The notes below the pieces were generated by a model. That model saw nothing but the letters and a program-made list of their open reading frames with translations, had not been told where the DNA came from and did no database searches. Below, piece after piece: positions 49,150-58,262 of a DNA stretch of 59,440 nucleotides. The stretch comes from Gammaproteobacteria bacterium (GTDB taxonomy: Bacteria; Pseudomonadota; Gammaproteobacteria; SZUA-229): contig JAVVEE010000005.1 in assembly GCA_032251315.1 (NCBI GenBank), positions 1 to 59,440 of the forward strand. Direction: 5' to 3'. Each line of letters begins with the position of its first letter. Position 1 is the first letter of the stretch. The translations under genes were made by a program, and so were the position numbers.

Positions 49150-50541
49150 ATGAACAATCAAGTCATCTTCGACAAAGATTTAATCAGTCGCTACGATTGC
49201 TCAGGGCCTCGCTACACCTCTTATCCAACAGCGGTGCAGTTCAGCACTGACTATGGACACAGTGATTATCTGGAATGGGTGGATAACAGCAACAACGACC
49301 CTATTCCCTCCCCTTTATCACTTTATCTGCACATCCCTTTTTGTGACACCATCTGTTATTACTGCGGATGCAGCAAAATCGTCACCAAGGACAAAGGCAA
49401 AGCACCGGCTTATGTTGATCTGCTGAAAAAAGAGATTGCCCTGCAAGGCGCATTGTTCGACAAAGACCGTAGCGTCACCCAGATTCACTGGGGCGGCGGC
49501 ACGCCGACATTTCTTGATGACGCGACTATCAGCGATATTTTTAATACGCTAAAACAGCATTTTAATATTCCTGACAACGACTCCGGCGAATTCGGCATTG
49601 AAGTTGACCCTCGCACCGTCGATGAAGCACGCATTGCACAATTGCGTAAAATTGGCTTCAATCGCATCAGCTTCGGCGTACAGGACTTCGACCCTGAGGT
49701 ACAGCAGGCCGTCAACCGGGTACATTCGCAGCAACAGATTAACCGGGTAATTGACGCCGCGCGCAAGAATAATTTTCACTCTATAAACATAGACTTAATG
49801 TATGGCCTGCCCAAACAGACCGTGCAGAGCTTTGAAAAGACCCTGCAGGCGACCATTGAAGCCAGCCCCGACCGCATTGCTGTCTATAATTATGCGCATC
49901 TACCCCACATGTTCAAACCTCAGCGGCGCATCAACGAAGACGAGCTGCCCGACGCTGCCGAAAAGTTAAAAATCCTCCAGCTCACCATCGACACCTTGCA
50001 ACACGCCGGTTACGCCTATATCGGCATGGATCACTTTGCCAAACAGAGCGATGATTTAACCAAAGCCCAGCAGGAAGGCAGGCTGCACCGGAATTTTCAG
50101 GGCTATTCCACTCACGCCGACTGCGACATTGTTGCCATGGGCATTACCGCCATCAGCAGCATCGGTGACAATTATTCCCAAAATGTTAGAACCATTGAAG
50201 AATATAAAGCCTGCCTTGAACGCAATGAAATCCCCGTTTTCCGGGGCATAGAATTGGAAGCCGATGATATTTTACGGCGCGAAATCATCAATCAGCTTAT
50301 GTGCAACAACCGCCTGGAAATAAAACAGATCGAACAAAAATGGGGAATAGAATTTAAAAAGTATTTCGCCTCAGCGCTGGCAGCATTTCAAGCTATGGCG
50401 AAAGATGGCCTGATTACCATGAACGAACACCATATTGAAGTGACTCCTTCCGGTCGCCTGCTGGCACGCACCATCTGCATGCAATTCGACCGCTACTTAC
50501 CGAAAGATAGCCTTAAACAGCGGTTTTCAAAGGTCATTTAG
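49150..50541 (+). CDS. hemN: Oxygen-independent coproporphyrinogen III oxidase (radical SAM)
   Basis: 463 aa with 'YGPRYTSYPTA'-like 'SGPRYTSYPTA', the radical-SAM motif 'CDTICYYCGC', and 'HWGGGTPTFL'. Confidence 0.93.
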   Translation: MNNQVIFDKDLISRYDCSGPRYTSYPTAVQFSTDYGHSDYLEWVDNSNNDPIPSPLSLYLHIPFCDTICYYCGCSKIVTKDKGKAPAYVDLLKKEIALQGALFDKDRSVTQIHWGGGTPTFLDDATISDIFNTLKQHFNIPDNDSGEFGIEVDPRTVDEARIAQLRKIGFNRISFGVQDFDPEVQQAVNRVHSQQQINRVIDAARKNNFHSINIDLMYGLPKQTVQSFEKTLQATIEASPDRIAVYNYAHLPHMFKPQRRINEDELPDAAEKLKILQLTIDTLQHAGYAYIGMDHFAKQSDDLTKAQQEGRLHRNFQGYSTHADCDIVAMGITAISSIGDNYSQNVRTIEEYKACLERNEIPVFRGIELEADDILRREIINQLMCNNRLEIKQIEQKWGIEFKKYFASALAAFQAMAKDGLITMNEHHIEVTPSGRLLARTICMQFDRYLPKDSLKQRFSKVI

Positions 50542-51323
50542 CCTTTACGTTTGTTTTTAGCACCTTCATTCTCACCGACTATGGCCTTCAGTCTTGGTAG
50601 ATCAAGAATGCTGATACGGCGCCGATCAACCTTGATAATGTTCGCTTCCTGGTACTGCGCAAATAACCGACTCACGGTCTCCACGGCCAGGCCCAGATAA
50701 TTCGCAATATCCTGTCGCGGCATACTTAATACAAACTCCGTGGCCTTCCAGTGGCGCTCTTCCATGCGGCGGGAAATACTTAACATGAAAGTGGCAATTT
50801 TTTCCTCGGCACTCATCTTGCCCAGCATCAGCAACATCAAATGATCCTCCGTCACCACCTTGCTCATAATACGGTTCATCTGATGCTGCAAACCCGGAAG
50901 TACACCGCACAAATCCTCCAGTTTAGGCATGGGCATGACGCATACACTGGTTGTTTCCAGAGCAATCGCCGAGCAGGTGTGACCGCCCTCCATGAAACCA
51001 TCCAGCCCCAGCAATTCACCAGGCAAGTGAAAGCCAACGATCTGTTCATCGCCATTGGGACTTTCAACCAGCGTTTTCACGCTGCCTGAGCGCACGGCAT
51101 AGATGGCGTGCGAAGCATCGCCTTCACGATACAGGTGATCATTTTTTTGCAGGGGTTTGCGCTGTTCGACTACCGCATCCAGTGAACTCATCTCCTCCGG
51201 ACTCATGCCGTGAGGAAAACAGAGCTCATTTAAATTACACTGAGCACAGGAAACTTTAAGCCGGTCAAAGGTGACTAATTGGGGTTTGTTGACTTCATTC
51301 ATGTTTTTACTGATTCCTGACAC
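50538..51323 (-). CDS. fnr: FNR/Anr-type oxygen-sensing Crp-family regulator
   Basis: N-terminal cluster 'CAQCNLNELC' (C-x2-C-x5-C) plus the central Cys 'HTCSAIA'. A cNMP-like fold and the C-terminal HTH 'RQDIANYLGLAVETVSR' are present. Confidence 0.9.
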   Translation of the reverse strand: MSGISKNMNEVNKPQLVTFDRLKVSCAQCNLNELCFPHGMSPEEMSSLDAVVEQRKPLQKNDHLYREGDASHAIYAVRSGSVKTLVESPNGDEQIVGFHLPGELLGLDGFMEGGHTCSAIALETTSVCVMPMPKLEDLCGVLPGLQHQMNRIMSKVVTEDHLMLLMLGKMSAEEKIATFMLSISRRMEERHWKATEFVLSMPRQDIANYLGLAVETVSRLFAQYQEANIIKVDRRRISILDLPRLKAIVGENEGAKNKRKG

Positions 51324-51496
51324 TAAACAAGCAGATTTCGTAAATCCATGCCGTGTAGCATTTGCTCACTTCATATAAACTGCATATTTAAATATAAACA
51401 GCAAAATACATGTTCCTTATACAATTAGAACACCCTTTGCACCGTTTTAGAACCTCAAGCCATAAAATATGTTTATTTTATGAAAAAAACTGCACA

Positions 51497-53986
51497 ATGA
51501 CACACAATCCACCCTTAACTCCTTGCTTTCATTGTGGTTTATCTGTTCCAGAAGGACTGGATATCCAGGTTAATATCAATGGCAATAATGAAGCCATGTG
51601 CTGCTATGGCTGTCAAGCAGTGGCGCAATCCATCATCAACAGTGGCATGGGAGATTTCTACAAATTCAGAACCATGCGCTCACAGAAGGCCCGGGAAGTC
51701 GTGCCCGAATTTCTGCAACAGCTCAAGGCCTACGACAACCCGCAGGTACAGAAGCAGTTTATTTCTGAGAAGAGCGAGCTCACTGGCGATGAACAGGTGC
51801 GCGAGGTCTCGCTCATCCTCGAAGGCATCGTCTGCGCCGCCTGCATCTGGCTTAACGAACAGCACCTGAACGCCCTGCCCGGCGTAATCAGCGCCAATAT
51901 CAACTATTCCAACAACCGCGCCCGGGTGCGCTGGGATAATAATCGCATCAGCCTGAGCGAAATTCTCGAATCCATCACCCGCATCGGTTATCTCGCCCAC
52001 CCCTATAACCCCGACCGCCAGCAGGCGGTGATCGAGAAAGAGAAAAAGCAGCAGCTGCGTCGTATCGGCATCGCAGCGGTACTGGGCATGCAGATCATGA
52101 TTCTGGCCGTGGCGCTGTACACCGGTGGGTGGTGGGGCATGGAAGAGCCATTTAGACAGCTGTTTCGCTGGGTGAGTCTGGGCGTCACCGTACCGCTGCT
52201 GCTGTTCGCCTCCAGTCCCTTTTTCAGCGCAGCGCTACGCGATTTGAAAAACAAACGAGTCGGCATGGACGTGCCGGTCGCGCTCGGCATCGGCATCGCC
52301 TTTTCCGCCAGCGTGCTCCACACCTTTCAGGGCAGCGGCGAAATCTACTTCGATTCGGTGGCCATGTTTACCTTCTTCCTGCTCTCCGCCCGCTATTTCG
52401 AATCCGGCGCGCGCAAACGCACCGCTGAAGCCACCGAGGCCCTGCTTAATCTGCAACCGGCGATAGCCACCAAACTCATCGTCGATAGCGACGGCGGTTA
52501 CGATCACCAGAAACAGCTCAACCTCTCCGTGGCCGAACTCGCCATCGGCGATTACGTGCTGGTCAGGCCCGGCGAACATATTCCGGTAGACGGTACCATC
52601 ATAGAAGGCACCTCAGGCATCAATGAATCGCTGCTCACCGGTGAAAGCCTGCCTGTCATCAAAACCGTCAACGACAGCGTGATCGGCGGCAGCACCAACA
52701 CCGAAAGCCCGCTGGTGGTCAAAATCGACAAAATTGGCGATGACACCGTGCTCGCCTCCATCCAGCGTCTGCTTGAAGAGGCCCAGAACAGAAAGCCCAC
52801 CATCGCCAAAATGGCCGACCGACTGGCCTCAAAATTCGTCGCCATCATTTTATTACTGGCCGGCGGGGTTGCTGTTTACTGGTATCAGACCGACCCTGCA
52901 CACTGGGTCGCCATCACCGTTGCCACCCTGGTGGTCACCTGCCCCTGCGCGCTGTCACTGGCCACGCCGGCCGCCTTCACCGCCGCCAGCGGTCAGCTCG
53001 CCAAACTGGGATTACTGCCCACCAGCGCGACCGCGCTGGAAACACTGAGCAGGGCCACCGATTTTGTATTTGATAAAACCGGCACCCTGACGCAGGGCAA
53101 CATCCGCCTGGTGAAAGCCGTTTCACTGACTGACGACGACATCGAACACCATCTGCACATCGCCGCCGCGCTGGAAGCCGGCTCCGAACATCCGGTGGCC
53201 AGAAGTCTGATTCAGGCTGCCGGCGAAACAACTCAAGTCCGTCCCTCGATCAAAGTCAGCCAGCTCGACAACAAAGCCGGAGCCGGTGTACACGGCGTGA
53301 TTGAAGGCACGCAATGGTATCTCGGTAACGTTAACTATATTCACCAGATTTGCGCACAGAGCATTTCATCGACGCTGCTGGCAGAACATCAGATCAGCGC
53401 AATGACTCTGGTGGCTCTGGCCACCGAGACAAAAATAGTCGCCGTCTTCGCCTTCGACGATGAACTCAGGGAAGAAGCGTCGGCGTTAATCAGAAAACTC
53501 AAACAGCAAAACAAAACTATCACCCTGATGACCGGCGACAATGAAGCCAGCGCACGGCGCATCGCCAGCCAGGTTGGCATCGACAATGTCTATGCCAACA
53601 TGAAACCTGCCGACAAACTAGCCCGGGTGCAGAGCATGCAGCAGCGCGGTGCCATTGTCGCCATGACCGGCGACGGCATCAATGACGCACCGGTGCTCGC
53701 CGGTGCCGATGTCTCCATTGCCATGGGCAGTGGCACCCAGCTTGCCGCCGCCCACGCCGATTTAATCCTGCTATCCAACCACGTCGAACACCTGTACGCG
53801 GGTTATCTTATCTCAAGGCGCACGCTGAAAATCATCCGGCAAAATCTGAGCTGGGCTTTCGGTTACAATCTGCTGGCGATTCCCGCCGCCGCCACCGGCC
53901 ATGTTGACCCCTGGATGGCCGCTATCGGCATGTCCGCCAGCTCCTTATTAGTCGTATTAAATGCACTGCGCCTAACCCGATCATAA
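51497..53986 (+). CDS. ccoI: Copper-translocating P1B-type ATPase CcoI/FixI
   Basis: 'CFHCGL...CCYGCQAV' at the N-terminus, 'CPC' in 'VVTCPCALSLATP', 'DKTGTLT' and 'GDGINDAP'. The start is placed at ATG 51497 ('MTHNPPL'). The ORF-track extension from 51410 lies in AT-rich promoter-like sequence. Confidence 0.9.
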   Translation: MTHNPPLTPCFHCGLSVPEGLDIQVNINGNNEAMCCYGCQAVAQSIINSGMGDFYKFRTMRSQKAREVVPEFLQQLKAYDNPQVQKQFISEKSELTGDEQVREVSLILEGIVCAACIWLNEQHLNALPGVISANINYSNNRARVRWDNNRISLSEILESITRIGYLAHPYNPDRQQAVIEKEKKQQLRRIGIAAVLGMQIMILAVALYTGGWWGMEEPFRQLFRWVSLGVTVPLLLFASSPFFSAALRDLKNKRVGMDVPVALGIGIAFSASVLHTFQGSGEIYFDSVAMFTFFLLSARYFESGARKRTAEATEALLNLQPAIATKLIVDSDGGYDHQKQLNLSVAELAIGDYVLVRPGEHIPVDGTIIEGTSGINESLLTGESLPVIKTVNDSVIGGSTNTESPLVVKIDKIGDDTVLASIQRLLEEAQNRKPTIAKMADRLASKFVAIILLLAGGVAVYWYQTDPAHWVAITVATLVVTCPCALSLATPAAFTAASGQLAKLGLLPTSATALETLSRATDFVFDKTGTLTQGNIRLVKAVSLTDDDIEHHLHIAAALEAGSEHPVARSLIQAAGETTQVRPSIKVSQLDNKAGAGVHGVIEGTQWYLGNVNYIHQICAQSISSTLLAEHQISAMTLVALATETKIVAVFAFDDELREEASALIRKLKQQNKTITLMTGDNEASARRIASQVGIDNVYANMKPADKLARVQSMQQRGAIVAMTGDGINDAPVLAGADVSIAMGSGTQLAAAHADLILLSNHVEHLYAGYLISRRTLKIIRQNLSWAFGYNLLAIPAAATGHVDPWMAAIGMSASSLLVVLNALRLTRS

Positions 53987-54005
53987 TTAAAGGCCAATAA
54001 AACCA

Positions 54006-54191
54006 ATGGAAGCTCTTTACCTTTTAATCCCCCTTGCGCTGCTACTGGTCGCGATCATTGTCTGGATATTTTTATGGGCGGTGAAATCCGACCAGTTCGA
54101 CGACCTCGAAGGCCCCGCGCATCGCATCATTATGGAAGACGATGACAAGGTAAAAGAAAAAACCGATAACGAGCCTTCAGATCACAAATAG
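54006..54191 (+). CDS. ccoS: cbb3 oxidase maturation protein CcoS/FixS
   Basis: 61 aa reading 'LYLLIPLALLLVAIIVWIFLWAVKSDQFDDLEGPAHRI', directly after ccoI. Confidence 0.88.
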   Translation: MEALYLLIPLALLLVAIIVWIFLWAVKSDQFDDLEGPAHRIIMEDDDKVKEKTDNEPSDHK

Positions 54192-54742
54192 TGAACGCCT
54201 TTACTACCAATGCTTCGCTGGTACTGTGCCCGGTAGAACCGAGCTGGGTGCCAGAGAATCTGGCAGCATTAAGTAAATTTTTGCAGGAAACCGGTCTTGC
54301 CGGAGACCCTTTGCACCAAGATGAAAACAGTTTTTCAGTCAATGAACACTTTCTCGAGCACATCAGCTTCATGGGCTGCTCACCCAACATCAAATTCAAC
54401 AATGAAAATGATGATGGCAAATTCACCTTTATCCGCTTAACCCTCACCCCGACCATCACCGCCTTAACCGGTTCGCACAGCTTCGCTCCGCATTGCCCAC
54501 AGTGTAAAAAAGCGGACAAAAACTGGCGCGAACATTTAAAAGACCATCGACTGCACTGCGGCCACTGCCGACAGACTTCAGAGGCCTGGCAATACAACTG
54601 GCGTAAATCAGCGGGATTCGGGCGTTGCTTTATCGAGATAACCGACATTTACCCGAAAGAGGCCATTCCCCAGCCTTCACTTCTGCTGGCGCTGGAGAAC
54701 CGCTTTCAGCTTGCCTGGAAATATTTCTTTTATTACCCCTGA
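54191..54742 (+). CDS. Hypothetical soluble protein with a CxxC...CxxC motif, translationally coupled to ccoS
   Basis: 183 aa. The GTG start overlaps the ccoS TAG (TAGTG). Composition is balanced, unlike the antisense ORF. The motif 'CPQC' is followed 17 residues later by 'CGHC'. I recognise no family. Confidence 0.55.
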   Translation: MNAFTTNASLVLCPVEPSWVPENLAALSKFLQETGLAGDPLHQDENSFSVNEHFLEHISFMGCSPNIKFNNENDDGKFTFIRLTLTPTITALTGSHSFAPHCPQCKKADKNWREHLKDHRLHCGHCRQTSEAWQYNWRKSAGFGRCFIEITDIYPKEAIPQPSLLLALENRFQLAWKYFFYYP

Positions 54743-55440
54743 CCCGAATGCCGACCGGTTTTCAGCGTAACTTTGAGAGGAAGATGATCGGAGGCGATGC
54801 GCGCCAGCGGTGTGTTATGCACGCCCATACTATCCAGCATGGTGCGCGGTTTGACCCAAAGCCGATCCAGCGCGAACAGCGGCCAGCGCGACGGAAAAGT
54901 GGCAAAGTGAGGCGTCGACTCAAAATGCCTGTGCAACCAGCGCAGAACGCGCCCCCACAGAAACCACTCATTGAGATCGCCCATCAGTAGCGAAACATCC
55001 GCAGAGTGGGTATCGAACACCTCCAGCAACTGCTGAACCTGTCGGCGTCGTTCCCAGGGCATGAGCCCCAGATGAGTCGCCACCATCTGTAGTCGTTGCC
55101 CCTTCCAGTCAAGGACGACATCAATGGCTCCGCGCGGCTCGCGGCCCGACAGGCTCAGGTCGATCCGGTTCAGCGCCAGCACCGGGAGCCGGGTCAGCAA
55201 GGCGTTACCATAGTCACGGCTCTGGCGCAGCAAGGTGGAACCCGCTATGGCTTCAAATCCGGCTTTGGCGGCCAGATAATCGAGCAAATCAACACCATCA
55301 ACGCTATGGTGCTCGACCTCCTGCAAGGCCACCACGCTGGCATCCATTTCCTGTAATACGCGCACAATCCGATCCGGATCGAAATGGCCGTCTACGCCGA
55401 TGCCGGCGTGAATGTTGTATGTGGCTAGTGTTATAAGCAT
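54733..55440 (-). CDS. Endonuclease/exonuclease/phosphatase (EEP) family protein
   Basis: 235 aa with 'LATYNIHAGIG', 'VVALQEVE', 'GDLNEW' and a C-terminal 'SDHLPL'. Confidence 0.85.
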   Translation of the reverse strand: MLITLATYNIHAGIGVDGHFDPDRIVRVLQEMDASVVALQEVEHHSVDGVDLLDYLAAKAGFEAIAGSTLLRQSRDYGNALLTRLPVLALNRIDLSLSGREPRGAIDVVLDWKGQRLQMVATHLGLMPWERRRQVQQLLEVFDTHSADVSLLMGDLNEWFLWGRVLRWLHRHFESTPHFATFPSRWPLFALDRLWVKPRTMLDSMGVHNTPLARIASDHLPLKVTLKTGRHSGQG

Positions 55441-55490
55441 AGGGTCTGATTGAGTTCAGGCGGATCCATATAACCCGGATGTTTCATAAA

Positions 55491-57641
55491 TCATGCACGC
55501 TCTTGCCGGGGCTTGCCCTGCTGTTTCTTCTGGCGCCTCAGTAGCCAGCGGCTTAATGCCCAGATACCTATAACAATGGCGCTCGCCAGTACCAGTAAAA
55601 TAGAGAACTGTGTTACATCGGGAGCCTGAATCGCGCTCACCACCTGATCAGAAAAAACAGTGAGCGCGAGCGTTCCGGGAATCATGCCCAATAGTGTTCC
55701 CAGTGCAAAATCACGTAAACGTATATGAGAAGCACCCGCGACCAGATTAATCACGCTGAAAGGCGCAACCGGAATAATACGTAGCGTTATGACGGCAAAC
55801 AAACCCTGCCGTGCCAGACGCCGACTGATCCGACCGACCCAGCGCTGCGACAGATTGCGGATCGTATCATGGCCCAGATACTGTCCAATCATATAGGTGA
55901 CAATGGCGCTCAGCTCGGCACCCAATAATGCGTATGCAAATCCGTAGAAGGCGCCAAAGGCCAGGCCGGTGGCCACAATCATTACCGTTACCGGGAAGAC
56001 AACCAGCCCGCCCACAATGTAAATCATGGCGACAATAACCGGTGCCAGCCAGGTGCCACGCAGCTCACCGGCACTCCTGAAAATTCCCCTGAGGTTCAGC
56101 CATTCACCCAGCGGCGTCCAACGCCAGGCCGCGGCCAGCAAAAGCACGATTACAAGCAGGGACAGCAGTGTAATTAATGTGCGTCTGACTGGTGACTGCT
56201 CTTCATCATCGACTAGCTGCCGGGCAAGCTGGTCGCTATTAAAAGGCTGCTCGGGATCAGCGATAAGCGCATCCGGAACGATGGCATCCAGCTCTTTTGA
56301 AACCTTGAATTGGAACAGCTTCAGAGTCCGGCCTCTGCCACGCAGTGATTCAATGGCAGCGATGAGCGATTTCTCCTGCGCCAATGCCTGAGCCACTTCG
56401 GTGACAGAAACATCAAGATGCTCGGCCAGCAAACGGTTACGAAAATCACCGATGGCAGTGAGAACCGCCGCCTCACCACGAGCCTCCAGAACAAGGTCGC
56501 ATTCGGTATCGATGCCCATGGAGCGATTATTCAGATTGGAGGAGCCGATGCGGGCCAGTTCATTGTCAATGATGATGACTTTGGAATGTACGTTAATGCA
56601 GTACTTTCCCAGCCCGGGCCGGTCTGGATAGTAGGTGCGCAAACGCTTTTGCTGGTCGGCCTGTTGCAGCTGCTTGAGTGAACGTTCACGCAACACATCC
56701 ATACTGAGCTGCGACAGCCAGCCGTCGGTGTGTTCGGGCAATATCAGGATGATCTCCGGTCCGTTATTTTCCTGTAACCTTTCGATCAGGGCATTGATCA
56801 CTTTCTGCGCGGTGAAGTACTGGTTCTCGATGTAAATCATTTTCTCTGCGGCGCGAATGGAATCCAGAATAATTCGCTCAACCTCACGAACCTCAGGCTG
56901 GTCTTTGTAGGCTGGATAGGTGCGCGAAATTCCAATCATGACGTTTTCCACGGCAGCAACCAGATCCTCCGGCCAGGGGTCAATGTCAGAGCAATTCTCC
57001 GGGGGATCAAGCCGCTCCCCCGTCGCTTTGTGCCAGCGCCGGCGAGCCAGACCTCCGAGCGCCACGGCAACCTCGCCGCTGACGGCCATCTGCACGTCGT
57101 GATAGGGCTGCGGAACAACGTTGTCGATATCACAGCGGCGCAGGTCATCGGGTCGGTGCTCGGGGGTATCCCAGCGCCCCAGCGTCACATCCAGTCCGCC
57201 CGCAAAAGCGACCCGGTCATCGACCACGACAATTTTCTGGTGATGACACGCCCCAACGGGATGATGGTTATCCATGTGAAAGTACAACCGAGGGTGACTG
57301 GTCCAGTCCAGCTTGTATTGCGGCAGCCATTCCCTGTCAGCCGCATAAATCACGTCATAGTCCCAATCCAGAACATGGATGTGCAGCTGTTCATTGCGCT
57401 CGAGCAGACTGTTCAGGAACTTGCCAAATTCGACCGGCAAACCATCATTAACCGGCTCACGCTCCAGCCTGAACCGGCTGTTAATGTCCCAGCCAATAAT
57501 CAATATCGAGCACCGGGCTTTTTTTAATGACTCTCTGAAAGCATGGAAATAGTCAGCACCGTCAATTAAAAAGCTAGCGCGATCAGCGTATTCGACTCGC
57601 CAGCAGTTGTCGTCAGGTTTTAAAATCCCGGCGATAGCCAT
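55491..57641 (-). CDS. Phospholipase D / cardiolipin-synthase-like protein fused to a C-terminal VTT (DedA/TVP38-like) membrane domain
   Basis: Two HKD motifs ('HHQKIVVVDDRVAFAGGLD', 'HSKVIIIDNELARIGSSNLNNRS'). The C-terminal ~220 aa are polytopic, with 'RIIPVAPFSVINLVAGAS' typical of the VTT/SNARE-associated family. Confidence 0.85.
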   Translation of the reverse strand: MAIAGILKPDDNCWRVEYADRASFLIDGADYFHAFRESLKKARCSILIIGWDINSRFRLEREPVNDGLPVEFGKFLNSLLERNEQLHIHVLDWDYDVIYAADREWLPQYKLDWTSHPRLYFHMDNHHPVGACHHQKIVVVDDRVAFAGGLDVTLGRWDTPEHRPDDLRRCDIDNVVPQPYHDVQMAVSGEVAVALGGLARRRWHKATGERLDPPENCSDIDPWPEDLVAAVENVMIGISRTYPAYKDQPEVREVERIILDSIRAAEKMIYIENQYFTAQKVINALIERLQENNGPEIILILPEHTDGWLSQLSMDVLRERSLKQLQQADQQKRLRTYYPDRPGLGKYCINVHSKVIIIDNELARIGSSNLNNRSMGIDTECDLVLEARGEAAVLTAIGDFRNRLLAEHLDVSVTEVAQALAQEKSLIAAIESLRGRGRTLKLFQFKVSKELDAIVPDALIADPEQPFNSDQLARQLVDDEEQSPVRRTLITLLSLLVIVLLLAAAWRWTPLGEWLNLRGIFRSAGELRGTWLAPVIVAMIYIVGGLVVFPVTVMIVATGLAFGAFYGFAYALLGAELSAIVTYMIGQYLGHDTIRNLSQRWVGRISRRLARQGLFAVITLRIIPVAPFSVINLVAGASHIRLRDFALGTLLGMIPGTLALTVFSDQVVSAIQAPDVTQFSILLVLASAIVIGIWALSRWLLRRQKKQQGKPRQERA

Positions 57642-57646
57642 TAATG

Positions 57647-57832
57647 CTACAACACTGGCAACGGCACGCTAAACAAATCTGGCGAAGTTGCCGCGAACGG
57701 AAAAATTATCGCCGCAGTCCCCAGGGCGATCATAATGAGACCTAATGCCAGAAACCAGCGACGATATCTTTTGATGTCATCGCTAACCAAAAAGGAGGCG
57801 CTTTCAAAAGTGATATTTTCTGTTTCACTCAT
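57647..57832 (-). CDS. Small membrane ORF resembling only the N-terminal part of HdeD/DUF308 proteins (possible gene remnant)
   Basis: 61 aa. 'IKRYRRWFLALGLIMIALGTAAIIFPFAATS' parallels the first TM region of E. coli HdeD as I recall it ('LKKHRRAIQFIAVLLFIVGLLCISFPFVSGD'). The ORF stops 5 nt before the PLD gene start. Confidence 0.35.
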   Translation of the reverse strand: MSETENITFESASFLVSDDIKRYRRWFLALGLIMIALGTAAIIFPFAATSPDLFSVPLPVL

Positions 57833-58101
57833 CGTTCAATCTCCCGTTGATCCACATTAATTCTGAAATTTTTGTAAGCTATATGATTGAGACACTCAAT
57901 AATTTAATGACTTTCGCGCAGGAAAAATGTGCGACTACACAAACCACTCTCTAATCGCCATTATCCATAAATAAAATGTCAGGTCTTTGCGATTTATCAA
58001 TTCAGGTGAGCGAACAGCGCGCAGTTTTAAAAACATGATTATGGCATTAGCAATAAAATTTTGCGGGTATCAAAGAGGGAAACATATATCGAACTGAAGT
58101 G

Positions 58102-58135
58102 ATGGCTGGCAGTTAATTTTTTAACTGCCAGCCAT
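58102..58135. repeat. Perfect 15-bp inverted repeat (stable hairpin)
   Basis: ATGGCTGGCAGTTAA-TTTT-TTAACTGCCAGCCAT. It lies 127 nt downstream of the Met-rich ORF. Neither strand has a flanking U-tract. Confidence 0.85.
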
Positions 58136-58262
58136 AAAACGGCAAATAGAGATCTAAAGTAATGAAAAAGATGCCAGATTAAATTCATCGGTCAGTGCGT
58201 TGCACATCAACAGAAATCAACAGCCATTTAAAATGCATTAATTCATACGCAGTCTTCGTAAG

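Noticed and set aside
51425-51453. TTAGAAC direct repeat (51425 and 51447, 22 bp apart) upstream of ccoI, with another TTAGAACA at 45164 upstream of ccoG. I considered it as a possible shared regulator site.
   Set aside because: A 7-mer is expected several times by chance in 59 kb on two strands. Its orientation relative to the two genes is inconsistent, and there is no palindromic partner.
51410-51496. 29-codon N-terminal extension of ccoI in the ORF track.
   Set aside because: The extension runs through AT-rich promoter-like sequence and encodes a non-conserved-looking peptide. The CcoI-typical N-terminus ('MTHNPPLTPCFHCGL') begins at ATG 51497.
54130-54648. 172-aa ORF antisense to the ccoS-coupled 183-aa ORF.
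   Set aside because: It has a Cys/Arg/Ser/Leu-heavy low-quality composition and no plausible start context. The plus-strand ORF has balanced composition and is translationally coupled to ccoS.
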